Shown here: in pieces, positions 1 through 9,282 of the stretch
How the letters are laid out: every line of letters starts with the position of its first letter
How positions within the stretch are numbered: the first letter of the stretch is position 1
Assembly: GCA_963797555.1 (NCBI GenBank)
Contig: CAWCPV010000016.1
Coordinates: forward strand, 32,001 to 96,000
DNA length: 64,000 bases
Direction: 5' to 3'
Source: an uncultured Gammaproteobacteria bacterium
GTDB lineage: Bacteria > Pseudomonadota > Gammaproteobacteria > CAWCPV01
Notes under the pieces: generated by a model
The model's database searches: none
What the model saw: only the letters and a program-made list of their open reading frames with translations
Told to the model about the DNA's origin: nothing
Program-made: the position numbers and the translations under genes

Positions 1-372
1 TCTATCCCGGTGTTTGGCGGATTCATCTATTTCAACGATCATCTTCATCGGCTACTTCGCAAGCTAAAGATTACAACGAAAACCTCACGCTCAAATACTT
101 GGAACGACGCTTTCGTTACGCAAGACCGATACGTCATAGTAACGCTGAAAGACGGGCGTAGAATACGGGGATATCCGACAATGTTTTCAAACGACCCAGA
201 GGAAGGGTTCGTATATCTTTATAACCCCGCTTGGGTTAATGACGATAAATCTCATGATGAGGAGCCAGATTATTTTGAATCGATTTGTCATGGCTTCCTT
301 TTGAACAGAGATAACATTGACTTGATCGAGTTTACATTGGATCCTGGAGAAACACTAACTGCCACACAATAG
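1..372 (+). CDS. DUF6338-family-like protein, C-terminal part (open at the window edge); integron cassette gene
   Basis: Frame is open from base 1. W..F...V.V.LKDG..I.G....S.DP....YL pattern recalls DUF6338; AT-richer than the rest of the window; lies upstream of an attC. Confidence 0.65.
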   Translation, partial: SIPVFGGFIYFNDHLHRLLRKLKITTKTSRSNTWNDAFVTQDRYVIVTLKDGRRIRGYPTMFSNDPEEGFVYLYNPAWVNDDKSHDEEPDYFESICHGFLLNRDNIDLIEFTLDPGETLTATQ

Positions 373-381
373 GTGCGTGCT

Positions 382-510
382 ATGAGAGAACGCAAGCCAG
401 AGAAACCGACTGATCCAAGAGAACATGTAAGAGGCGAGGTAAAGCCTATTCGCTATGAACGGCCGGCGGAGAGACCTAAACCAACGCCGAACCCTCCCAA
501 GAAAAAGTAG
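382..510 (+). CDS. 42-aa Pro/Lys/Arg-rich small protein (MRERKPEKPTDPREHVRGEVKPIRYERPAERPKPTPNPPKKK)
   Basis: ATG 9 nt after the DUF6338-like stop with an AGGTG RBS-like motif; its TAG ends 1 nt before the attC R'' box, as is typical of cassette ORFs. Below the ORF-track size cutoff. Confidence 0.6.
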   Translation: MRERKPEKPTDPREHVRGEVKPIRYERPAERPKPTPNPPKKK

Positions 511-511
511 C

Positions 512-599
512 GCATAACAAGGCACTACAGCCGACGCGGGAAAGGCTAGCGGTTCTTCTGCTGGCACAGTGGGCGCGCGGCTGAGTTTGGACGTTAGAC
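512..599 (+). mobile_element. Integron attC site 1
   Basis: R'' GCATAAC (512-518) and R' GTTAGAC (593-599) flank an imperfect palindrome (cagccg-cgcg...gcgcggctg); follows an ORF stop directly. Confidence 0.85.
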
Positions 600-615
600 G
601 ACCGGGGGCACTTGT

Positions 616-1197
616 ATGTCATGGGAAGATAGCGCACCAATCGAACGACCATGCCCTTGCGGCACAGGGCAGTATGCCGTAATCGGACGCTCCGACGACT
701 GGAACCGTTATGAGGAGCGATGGGAAATGCACTGCCCATCATGCAAAGAAAAATATGGTTTGTACGCCAGCAACTACAGTCGCAAAGGCATTCCATCCAC
801 ATATCGCTGTTGGCTTCCGCGCCTACGTCTGAAAGAGTTGTCGGTTGCAGCCGAAGAGCTTGAGCAAGCGAAAAAAGCCCTGTCCGTTTATGCTACGGCA
901 CACTACCAAGAACACTGGAACACGCACTTCATCGGTAAGGCGAAAAAGGCTATATGGCGCGAGCTTACGGAAGACGGAAAACACTACCCAAGTCTTCCTA
1001 CCTTCTATCTGCACGTCCGCGAGTCGAGCTTGGAACGACAACTTGCGCGATACTTCGACTATCGCGAATTACCAACCGTAGTGCGAGTGCTACAACTGAG
1101 CGCTTCTGAACTACATTCGCGCATCGAGCAGGTTCGTGAATTGGAGCACTTATTGGAAGAGAGTCATAGTAATGCGCGTCAGCAAGCGTTCGTCTAA
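616..1197 (+). CDS. Hypothetical cassette protein, 193 aa, with N-terminal CPC...CxxC putative zinc ribbon
   Basis: Fills the space between two attC sites; its TAA stop lies inside the R'' box GTCTAAC. Confidence 0.8.
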   Translation: MSWEDSAPIERPCPCGTGQYAVIGRSDDWNRYEERWEMHCPSCKEKYGLYASNYSRKGIPSTYRCWLPRLRLKELSVAAEELEQAKKALSVYATAHYQEHWNTHFIGKAKKAIWRELTEDGKHYPSLPTFYLHVRESSLERQLARYFDYRELPTVVRVLQLSASELHSRIEQVRELEHLLEESHSNARQQAFV

Positions 1198-1254
1198 CCC
1201 TACGCTCAAGCGGGACTGCGCAAAAGCGCGCGGCCCCTTAGCTTCACGTTAGGT
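1192..1254 (+). mobile_element. Integron attC site 2
   Basis: GTCTAAC-cctac-GCTCAAGC...cttagc-ttcac-GTTAGGT, a 63-bp palindromic attC. GTCTAAC is the exact reverse complement of the cassette's 5' GTTAGAC (593-599). Confidence 0.9.
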
Positions 1255-2113
1255 GTCTGGAGAACGCGTGACGAAAACCAAACTTCTCTTCGTAGACGAC
1301 GAAGCGTATCAATCACGGCTCTACAGCGATGCGCTGCTGGACGGTGGTTTCGACGTGCAGATTGCGGAGTCGGTCGATGAGGCACTCGAACTTGCCCGGT
1401 CCGATTCGTTCGACCTCATCCTGCTTGACGTTATGATGCCTTCTGGGTCGTTCTTCGAGGAGACGGAAACCGCGGGTGGGTTCACGACAGGGAAAGCTCT
1501 GGCACGGGAACTCGCCGAGATTCAGCCAGAGGCGAAGATCGTGGCCTTCACCAATTCGCGTGATCCCGAGATTGATGCGTGGTTCACGAAGGATGACACC
1601 GTTGCGTATATCCAGAAGCAAAACGTCTTGTACGATGAGCTGCCTCGAACTCTTCGCAAGGTCTTGCACCAAGGCGCTGAACCGCCGCAGGTCTTCATCG
1701 TTCATGGTCACGACCGGACAACCTTGCTGGAGTTCAAGAACTTCTTGCAGAACCGGCTAGGCCTGCCTGAGCCGTATATCTTCTCAGAGCAACCGAGTCG
1801 TGGGCTGACATTGATCGAGAAGTTCGAGAAGTACGCCGCAGAAGCGGATCTTGTCTTTGTCCTCCTCACTCCAGACGACCTCGGAGGCCCAGTGGATTCC
1901 GGTACTTCCAGCGCGCGGCCACGCCCAAACGTCGTCTTCGAGTACGGGTACTTCCTTGGGTCTCTTCAACGTCACAGTGGCCGCGTCTTCCTGCTCAAGA
2001 AGGGCGAGCCTGAGGTTCCGTCTGACATCACCGGGATCGTCTACGTGGATATCACGGACGGAATCGAAGCAGCCGCGGAAAGCCTGCGAAGGGAGCTGGA
2101 AGAGTGGCTGTAG
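1253..2113 (+). CDS. Response-regulator receiver domain fused to a TIR-like nucleotide-binding domain (Cap12/PycTIR-type, PF10137-like); start may be GTG 1268
   Basis: N-terminal LLFVDDE, LILLDVMMP, AFT, IQK receiver motifs; C-terminal VFIVHGHD, TLIEKFE, LLTPDD, RPNVVFEYGYF, PSDITGIVY. Confidence 0.85.
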   Translation: MSGERVTKTKLLFVDDEAYQSRLYSDALLDGGFDVQIAESVDEALELARSDSFDLILLDVMMPSGSFFEETETAGGFTTGKALARELAEIQPEAKIVAFTNSRDPEIDAWFTKDDTVAYIQKQNVLYDELPRTLRKVLHQGAEPPQVFIVHGHDRTTLLEFKNFLQNRLGLPEPYIFSEQPSRGLTLIEKFEKYAAEADLVFVLLTPDDLGGPVDSGTSSARPRPNVVFEYGYFLGSLQRHSGRVFLLKKGEPEVPSDITGIVYVDITDGIEAAAESLRRELEEWL

Positions 2114-2117
2114 GCCA

Positions 2118-2190
2118 GACACCTCTCAAGAAATACACTGCAAGCCGTTGATTTTTAATGGGTGAATTTTGGGTGTGTTTCTTCCATACG
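2118..2190 (-). mobile_element. Possible IS5-family right end remnant
   Basis: The minus strand ends TTTCTTGAGAGGTGTC, similar to TTCTTCGAGGTGCCC at the IS5 end at 7840-7854; no transposase attached. Confidence 0.35.
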
Positions 2191-2193
2191 CCT

Positions 2194-2690
2194 CCGCGGT
2201 AGGGACGCCGGTTACCCGGCGCCCCCCGCACAGACCCCGGCGTGCAGTTTTTCCGCACCGGGTTCCTCGGTTGCACTCGCTGGCGCGCAAGGTGCAGCCG
2301 TCAAGCGAACACCCTCCGCCGACTGACCTCGGTGATGCGGGGACGCTCTACCTGCATGCGCTCAAGGGCTTGGACGAAGGTCGCCCAGTGGAAGCTGCGC
2401 CGCTTGCCACCGCGCCGGTTGAGCCACTTGAACGTACAACGGATGGCCCAGTCAAAGAAGCGGTAGAGCGCAGCCGAGTTGCCCCGAACACCATAGTAGT
2501 GGTAGTGCCCCCGTAGCCTGCGGTTCAGGCCGGCGAAGAACTCACGCCCCGGCAGATGCCGGTGGTCCCTGATCCATGTCTTGATGCGCCGGCACGCCGC
2601 CTGCAACTTCTTGCGGGCAGTGCGCCGTTTCACCCGCACCACACCTTGTCGGTCGGGCATCCAGTAGAACTCGAAGCCCAGAATGGTGAA
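2194..2690 (-). mobile_element. Group II intron 3' remnant: C-terminal RT/maturase X domain (2301-2690) plus ribozyme domains V and VI
   Basis: LGFEFYW...RTARKK...LN..LRGHY.YYG...KWLNRR maturase motifs; minus-strand GAACCCGGTGCGGAAAAACTGCACGCCGGGGTC (DV) followed by the gggcgccgggtaaccggcgtccctac DVI hairpin. Confidence 0.85.
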
Positions 2691-2714
2691 ATGGGGTCAG
2701 TCTCCATTTATAGC

Positions 2715-3070
2715 GAAAAGGATCGCCTCGGCCAGCGTGGGTGCGCCGATGGGCACCACCATGAACTCCTGGATGTCGACGTTGTTCGCCGCGTGCAGCC
2801 CGCCGTTCAGGATGTTCATCATCGGCACCGGCATTTGGAACGGACCCTTCCCGCCCAAATAGGCATACAGCGGCACCCCGGTCTGCAGCGCGGCTGCCCG
2901 GGCGCAGGCCATGGACGCTCCCAGGATCGCGTCGCGCCGAGGCGCTCCTGGTGCTCCGGCGTCCAGCTCCAGCAGCCTACGGTCGATGGATCCTGGTCAG
3001 CCACCTCCGTGCCGACGAGCGCACGCCGTATCTCGCCGCGAATGTGGCCGACCGCCGTCAGCACCCCCCT
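2715..3070 (-). pseudogene. eno: Enolase internal fragment, frameshifted
   Basis: ARAAA...PLY.YLGG...[30 protein letters not shown] is the enolase signature; truncated at both ends. Confidence 0.85.
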
Positions 3071-3084
3071 GCCGCATCAGCGCA

Positions 3085-3300
3085 CTAATGGGGCTTGAAC
3101 GCCTCCTGGACCTTCTCCGCCCAGAAGGTCATGTCGGGGTGCTGTGCACGCAGATCCTCGGCGCGTTTCTTGGCCTCTCCGTACGTCATCACTTGGTCGT
3201 GGTACTTGCCGGCCTCGAACTGGTACTTGGACCTCCAGGCCACTACGTACCCAGGATCGCTGTCCTGGACGGGCTTCATGCTGTCGTAGACCGCCGTCAT
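3085..3300 (-). CDS. Small hypothetical protein, 71 aa (MTAVYDSMKPV...)
   Basis: ATG at 3300 preceded by an AAGGAG RBS; strong GC3 codon bias. Confidence 0.7.
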   Translation of the reverse strand: MTAVYDSMKPVQDSDPGYVVAWRSKYQFEAGKYHDQVMTYGEAKKRAEDLRAQHPDMTFWAEKVQEAFKPH

Positions 3301-3791
3301 CGCTCTTCTCCTTTGCCTCGATGAATACCGAGCCGGCCATGGCGATGTTCGCCACGCCGGAACATGAAAACGGTTGCGCCGCCGCGAACCGGCACCCTCA
3401 TCTGACCCGCGGCATCTCTGCACGGTCGTGGAGACGGGAGCGGCTGCTCCATTCCCCACTCTACGGGGAAGGTTTGGGGGAGTCCTCGGGCGAAGGGGAC
3501 AAAGAGCGCCTGCAGCGTTTGCCGCCATGACGACGCCGACCTCGGCGATCGCAGCCCAATCGCACCCCGAACTACACCCACCAAGCTCGTTATTGTAACG
3601 GTCGCCCGAGGCTCGGAAAACACTTCCAGCGCCGCGACCGGACCCCGCTGCGGCCGGACGGCCCCCCGCCACGCGGTTGCACGCCCGTTGGACGAGTCCG
3701 GTATCGAGTCGCGCATCATCGGGGTATCGCCCCCGTTGGAATGGATCAGTAACCCTGGCGGGTCGGGCGCCGGATGAGGCCGGAGCTTGGA

Positions 3792-4784
3792 TCAACGCCC
3801 GGCGATGCGGTCAGACAGGATCCCCGCGGCGGTCGCGAAATAGTCCGAGCGGTTCCACTTGAGCAGAGCGCGGTAGTTGTCATAGACCGCGTAGGCCGCA
3901 CCGTCCGCACCGCCGGGCTGCACTATCGACGTCGGCAGGTCGGCAGGAGGCAGGGCACCCCCGTTGGCTCGGCGCACTCCCAGGGCACGCCATGCATCGA
4001 GGGGCCGGACCTGGTCGCGTCCGATGAGGCCATGATCGAATCCCTTGGGCAGGCGTACTTGGCGTCCCCAGGTCTGATTCGAGCGCCAGCCGAGATGCTT
4101 CAGATAATTGGCTGCGGAAGCGAATACGTCGGCTTTCGTTGCCCAGAGGTCGCGGCGCCCGTCGCCATCTTGGTCCACGGCGTAACGCCGAAAGCTCGAC
4201 GGCATGAACTGCACCTGCCCCATGGCGCCGGCCCACGACCCGGTCATGCGCTCCACCGGAATAGCATCCTCATCGAGGATGTGCAGGGCGTCGAGCAGCT
4301 CGCGCCTGAAGTAGGCGGCCCGCCGCCCGTCGTACGCCAGGGTGACCAGAGCCCCGATCACGGGGAAGCTGCCGGTCAGCCGGCCGTAGTCGCTCTCGAT
4401 CCCCCAGAGGGCCACGATGAACCGGGGCTGAACGCCATACTCCGCGCCGACACGTTCGAGCAGCCCGCGGTTCTCCCGGAGCATCCTGCGCCCGACCTCC
4501 ACTCGGCTGTCCGGGACGACCCGCTGCAGATACTCCTGGAAGGTGAGGGTAAACTCCGGTTGTGCCCGGTCCAGCTCGATGACGCGGGGAACTGGAGAAA
4601 GCCCCGTCAGGGCCGTCTCCAACGTATGAGCCGAGACGCCGGCGCGCAAAGCGTCCTTACGCAGCTCCTGGAGCCAGCCGGCGAACGGCTGCGAGGACGC
4701 CTGTGCCTCCGGTCCCGACGGGGGCAGCGGCAGCATCGCGCAGGCCGCAAGAAATGCACAGAAACGCCGTGCTCCATAAGTCAC
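3792..4784 (-). CDS. Lytic murein transglycosylase (MltB/SLT_2 family)
   Basis: DR.QPEF, ALWGIESDYG, GSWAGAMGQ.QFMPS, WNRS motifs; signal peptide. Confidence 0.92.
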   Translation of the reverse strand: MTYGARRFCAFLAACAMLPLPPSGPEAQASSQPFAGWLQELRKDALRAGVSAHTLETALTGLSPVPRVIELDRAQPEFTLTFQEYLQRVVPDSRVEVGRRMLRENRGLLERVGAEYGVQPRFIVALWGIESDYGRLTGSFPVIGALVTLAYDGRRAAYFRRELLDALHILDEDAIPVERMTGSWAGAMGQVQFMPSSFRRYAVDQDGDGRRDLWATKADVFASAANYLKHLGWRSNQTWGRQVRLPKGFDHGLIGRDQVRPLDAWRALGVRRANGGALPPADLPTSIVQPGGADGAAYAVYDNYRALLKWNRSDYFATAAGILSDRIAGR

Positions 4785-5423
4785 TTTAGCGGTCCCTACC
4801 TTCGCGGCCGCTTATGTTCCCACGCACGCCGCTCCCTGGGTAGGCACCGCAGAACCAGCCACGAGCGGCTTGCGGCACGTGTTGCCTCCCGGCATCATGC
4901 GTATCCGCCATGCCGGCTCTTGGCTAACCGCTGCCGTGCCGAGCGCCTGCCACGCTGCCGGTCGCTGCTCGGTCAGCCGGCGCCCGCACGGGCCGCGGCC
5001 CCCTGTCGTCCTCGCCCAACCTTGACCCCTCCACGGGACCTTTGCCATAGTGCATCGGGGGGAAACACTACACCACACCGAGAGCGGGGAGCGGTCCATG
5101 CACTACATGTCCACTGGACAAGCCGGACTCAGAGGGGCCCGAGCGCCGGACGGCCGAAGGTCAAGGCGCAGCAACAGGTGGCCCGAGCCGCCCCATCTGG
5201 GTCGGTGGCAAGGACCGCAAGGAGGTCGACCTCGATACGTCCGTCCGCGCCCTGGGCCCGCTGAGAGCGCGCGGGCCGAGCTATCCGTCATGGACATGTG
5301 GAATGCCTTTCGCAACTCGCGGGGCGCAATGCCCCTAAAGGCGCGCATCGTGTTCGGCCAGCGGCAACGACCGCTCCTACCTCGAGGGCCAGCGGGGCAA
5401 GTGATGGTCCCTTCGAACCCGTG

Positions 5424-6482
5424 ATGGGCCGGGCGGATAGCGACCCTCTTGGCGGCGGACTCCGCCCGAGGCGGAGCCGGCGTGTCCTGCCTTTGCTAGC
5501 CAAGGGCATGGTGGCCACGGTCGTGGCCACGGGGACCGCTTGGGGGATTCTCGCCCTGTGGTTCGACGGACCCGAGCCGCGCTGGCTGGCGGGCGCTCTC
5601 GCCGGCATCTATGGGGTCGGTACTTTGGCGGTTCTGGCGCTGGTGCGGCCTTTCTGGCGCGCCGCAGCCATAACGGCCGCGGCGCTGCTGGTCCTGATGG
5701 GATGGTGGCTGTCCATTCCGCCGAGCAACGACCGGGCCTGGTACCCGGACGTCGCCCGGCTCGCCACCGCGACCATCAACGGCAATCTCCTCACCGTTCA
5801 CAACGTGCGCGACTTCGACTATCGGTCGGAGACCGACTACGACGAGCATTGGGAGACCAGGACTTACGATCTGAACAAGCTCCTGGGGGTCGACCTGTTC
5901 CTCTCGTACTGGGGCTCGCCCGTCATCGCCCATACCATCGCGAGCTGGGAGTTCGCCGACCAACCACCGCTCGCCATCTCCATCGAGGCGCGCAAGGCCG
6001 TGGGGCAGTCCTACTCGGCCGTGCGCGGATTTTTCAGGCAGTACATGCTCTACTACGTGGTCGCCGACGAGCGCGACGTGATCCGACTGCGCACCAACCA
6101 CCGAGGCGAGGAGGTGTACCTCTACCGGATCAAGATGCCGTTGGACCACGCCCGCGCGCTCCTGCTGCAATATATGTCCGACATCAACCACCTCGCCGAG
6201 CACCCGCGCTGGTACAACGCCCTCACACAGAGCTGCACGACTACCATCCGCTATCACCTCAAGCACATTGGACCAACCAGACCGTGGAACTGGCGCATCC
6301 TGGTGAACGGCTATCTCGACGAGCTGATGTACCAGCGGGCTACTATCGATACCAGCCTCCCCTTCCGGGAGCTACGCGCCCGCAGCGACATCACGGCGAA
6401 GGCGAAGGCCGCCGACCAGGACGCCGGCTTCTCCCGGCGCATCCGGGAGGGGCTTCCGACACCTTGGCCGTTCAAGTCGTGA
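5424..6482 (+). CDS. DUF4105 (Lnb-like periplasmic domain) membrane protein; start uncertain
   Basis: N-terminal TM helices; PSNDR.W.PDV, NVR.F.Y, IAHT..S, SIE.R, YN.LT.SCTT motifs. Confidence 0.85.
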   Translation: MGRADSDPLGGGLRPRRSRRVLPLLAKGMVATVVATGTAWGILALWFDGPEPRWLAGALAGIYGVGTLAVLALVRPFWRAAAITAAALLVLMGWWLSIPPSNDRAWYPDVARLATATINGNLLTVHNVRDFDYRSETDYDEHWETRTYDLNKLLGVDLFLSYWGSPVIAHTIASWEFADQPPLAISIEARKAVGQSYSAVRGFFRQYMLYYVVADERDVIRLRTNHRGEEVYLYRIKMPLDHARALLLQYMSDINHLAEHPRWYNALTQSCTTTIRYHLKHIGPTRPWNWRILVNGYLDELMYQRATIDTSLPFRELRARSDITAKAKAADQDAGFSRRIREGLPTPWPFKS

Positions 6483-6509
6483 GCCGCAACTCGGGCGTGC
6501 GGCCGGCAT

Positions 6510-6945
6510 CGTGCCCGTCGACAGCCCGCAGCCCCACAGTGGGGGCAGACCAGCAGAAACACCTCGTAGATTCTCACCAGCAGCATCGCCCACAGGGATG
6601 AGACGTGCGTTCGGTGCACCGTCTCTGCGGCGCGCTGCACCGAACCGAACCGGTGCAGGAACGAGACAGCTCCAAAACGGCACCGGAACCCGCCCCGGGC
6701 TTGCCTGCCGCAGTGTCTCGTCCACCACTCGCGGAAGAGATGGAGCGCTGCGCTCACCACCGCAGGGTCGTGGTGCAGGACGTATCTCAGCCGCTTGGGA
6801 GCTGACAACACCCACTGTGCGCCGCGGTCTCTACCATGCGCCGCGTCATGCACGAGGGGCAGACACCACACCTCTTGCAGGAGAAGGCGATCAGGAAATC
6901 TGGCCGCACTCCGAGCAGCGCGCTCGGGCAGGCCCCGCAACCGAG
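6510..6945 (-). mobile_element. IS91-family transposase remnant with a large internal deletion
   Basis: QWVLSAPKRLR and GAVSFLHRFGS (N-terminal half) joined directly to WAMLLVRIYEVF.LVCPHCG (C-terminal); the HUH motif region is missing. Confidence 0.75.
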
Positions 6946-6947
6946 CT

Positions 6948-7349
6948 TCAGAAGTGGATGGCGAGCCCGCCTCTGGCCGACAAGAAGTTCAGCGCGGTGG
7001 CACTGCTGGTGCTCGCCGGATTGGAGATGTCGCTGGTGGTCAGAACTGCATCTAGGCCCGCAAACAAGACGGTATTGTCGGTGAGGTAGAAATCTATGCC
7101 GCCCCCGACGCGCCCCGCGAATCCACTATTGTTTACCTCGAGCCCCAGGCCACCCTTGCCTTTCAGGTTGTAGGTTGCATCCCCAACGCCCACCTTCAGG
7201 AATGGCTGGACGCGTCCCATGGGAGCGTAAACCTTCAGGTTCACGGTATAAACATTGCCATCGACGGTGAGAACGTTCGCGTTGAACAGGTTGACGTTGA
7301 AGCCGGAAACCCACTCGTATTCAAACTCCGTGGACAGGTACGGGGACAC
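6948..7349 (-). pseudogene. Outer-membrane beta-barrel (OmpA-like transmembrane) protein, 5'-truncated by IS5
   Basis: Alternating beta strands, GGGIDFY, terminal Phe. A probable original start (MRSTLP, GGAG RBS) is at 7875 on the other side of the IS remnant. Confidence 0.75.
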
Positions 7350-7854
7350 TGCTCGATCGCGCCAACACCAGCACCGAGGCTGGGCCGACAGCGCCTACCG
7401 CTCCGAGGAGACCGAGCGGCTGCTGCGTAAGAAAGGGCTCAGGAGCCGGATTCACCGTCGCGGTCACCGTCACAAGGCGCTCAGCGTGCACCAGCAAGCG
7501 CTCAACCGGCGCCGCTCAAGCATCCGGGTGCGCGTCGAGCATGTCTTCGGCTCCCAGCACAACGAGCAAGGCGGCAAGCTCGTGCGAACCATCGGAGGGG
7601 TGCGTGCGAGGGCCAAGATAGGGCTCATGAATCTCGTCTACAACATGCCCCGGCTGAGCTACCTGGTCAGCTCAGGCGGTAAAGGTCCGATGCCGGCACC
7701 GGCCTGATCGCCGCCGGAGCCTCCGCCCGGCGCCCGCAAGGCGACGGGAGCCCTCCCAAAACCCCTCAAAAACCACTCGCTTTGACCCAATTCCCTCATC
7801 CGTGACTCGATCAGAGGGACCGACCGGCGCCAAAACCAATTCTTCGAGGTGCCC
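7350..7854 (+). mobile_element. IS5-family 3' remnant: transposase C-terminus (to 7707) and right end
   Basis: WADSAYRS, N..RS.IR.RVEHVFG, RTIG..RA..KIGL.NL.YN motifs; terminal TTCTTCGAGGTGCCC. Confidence 0.85.
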
Positions 7855-8091
7855 TGAAGGCAGTGTGCTTCTCATGCTGTGCTCCTTCCGAAGTGGTGAA
7901 GAGTTGTGCCAATGACAGTGCCGCCGGCTGAGCCCCGCGGCGGGTCCCGACTATGCGACGCTACCGACACCGAGTCCTCCGGAAAGCGGACGACCTGGTT
8001 TTCCGAGATATACATCTAATACCAAATTTCGGTTTTTAGTTGCCGATGATTTGGAAATTCTCGGTCAACAGAGAACGCGGACCCTTCAGCA

Positions 8092-8903
8092 TCACTTCGG
8101 GAACATCAGTTGCACCTGGAACCGGAACTGCCAGTCCGCGCCGCCGTCGGGATGCACCACGTTGGAGTACGCGCTGAACTGCGTGTTCACCGGCAGCTTG
8201 CCCAAGTGGAAGATCTTGCCGACGCCGCCGCCGAGCGGCACGGTCCACTTCTGGCCGCTGGCGGCCTTCCAGTCGACGGTCAGGATGGGCGCACTGACGA
8301 GATACAGGCCGCCCTTGAAGTTGTAGTTGACGAACGGCTGGATCAGACCGTTGTTGTAAGAGCCGCCCCGCTCGTTGCTCGACAGCGACCACACATTGTT
8401 GACCAGCGCTCCGTACACCCAAGGATCGCCGTGCTCGACATGCAGCAGCACGGCCGACGGTCCCAGCCCCCAATTCTTGTTGCCGAGCTCCGCGTTGCTG
8501 TCGGTCGGTATCTGTACGACCGGCCCCGCCCCCCATATCCATTTGCCCGGTTTGGCAGGAGACAGGAACGCCGTGAACACCGTATCGCCGATGCCGGTGG
8601 TGGCGCTGTCGCCCGGGCCCAGCGAGGGGTTCGAGATCACGGGCAGGATCGTGCGCGTGATGACATTCCACTCGCTGCTCACGGAGATGGGGATCACCGG
8701 CTGGATGTTGAGGATGTTCTGGGTGCCCTTCTCCGACCCGAAGTTGAAATTCGTATTGTTCTGGAACGGCACGCTGATCAGGTTGCCGACCGGGTTCTGT
8801 GCGAGCTTCGCCAGGTCCTCGGCGCTCATCTCGGCCCGCGCCGGGGCAGTGAGCGCGGCGGCGACGCTGACGGCGAGGAGTGCGCGGGAAAGAATGGTTT
8901 CAA
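8092..8903 (-). CDS. Outer-membrane barrel protein of the family often mislabelled 'neuromedin U'
   Basis: LAKLAQNPV.NLISVP.QNN, LNIQPVIP, C-terminal QLMFPK. Probable start TTG 8903 (AGAGGA RBS) gives the signal peptide MKTILSRALL if one A is missing. Confidence 0.8.
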
Positions 8904-9282
8904 GTTGGTATCCTCTTTCGCCCGACCGGCCGGCGCGCCTCACCGCCGGAAGCCGTGGAAGCTGTCCAAACCACCATGCCAGCCGCCCAAACCGCCACGG
9001 CGACCGCGCAGCCAAAGGAGAGCCCCGTCATGGCGAGCACTGCGACGCCCACTCGGGAGCTGCCAGCTTCAGTTTCACTCTCACTCGCGGACCTCTATCC
9101 ACTCGTTACCGATAAAGCTCCATCGGCACCACACGGGTATATCCGGCTGTCAGCTTCCCATGGATCGGGTGGCGCATTGCCGCTTCGCAGGGGCGCGCAC
9201 TGGACGGTGGATTTATACTGGACCGCATCCGACAGTTCCATTCGGTCGACCACCTAGGCTACGTACGTAGTCGGACAAGGGG

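Noticed and set aside
2194-2690. attC-targeting group IIC intron
   Set aside because: It is near the array and antisense to it, but the 3' flank is IS-like rather than attC, and domain V is full length without the IIC CGC triad.
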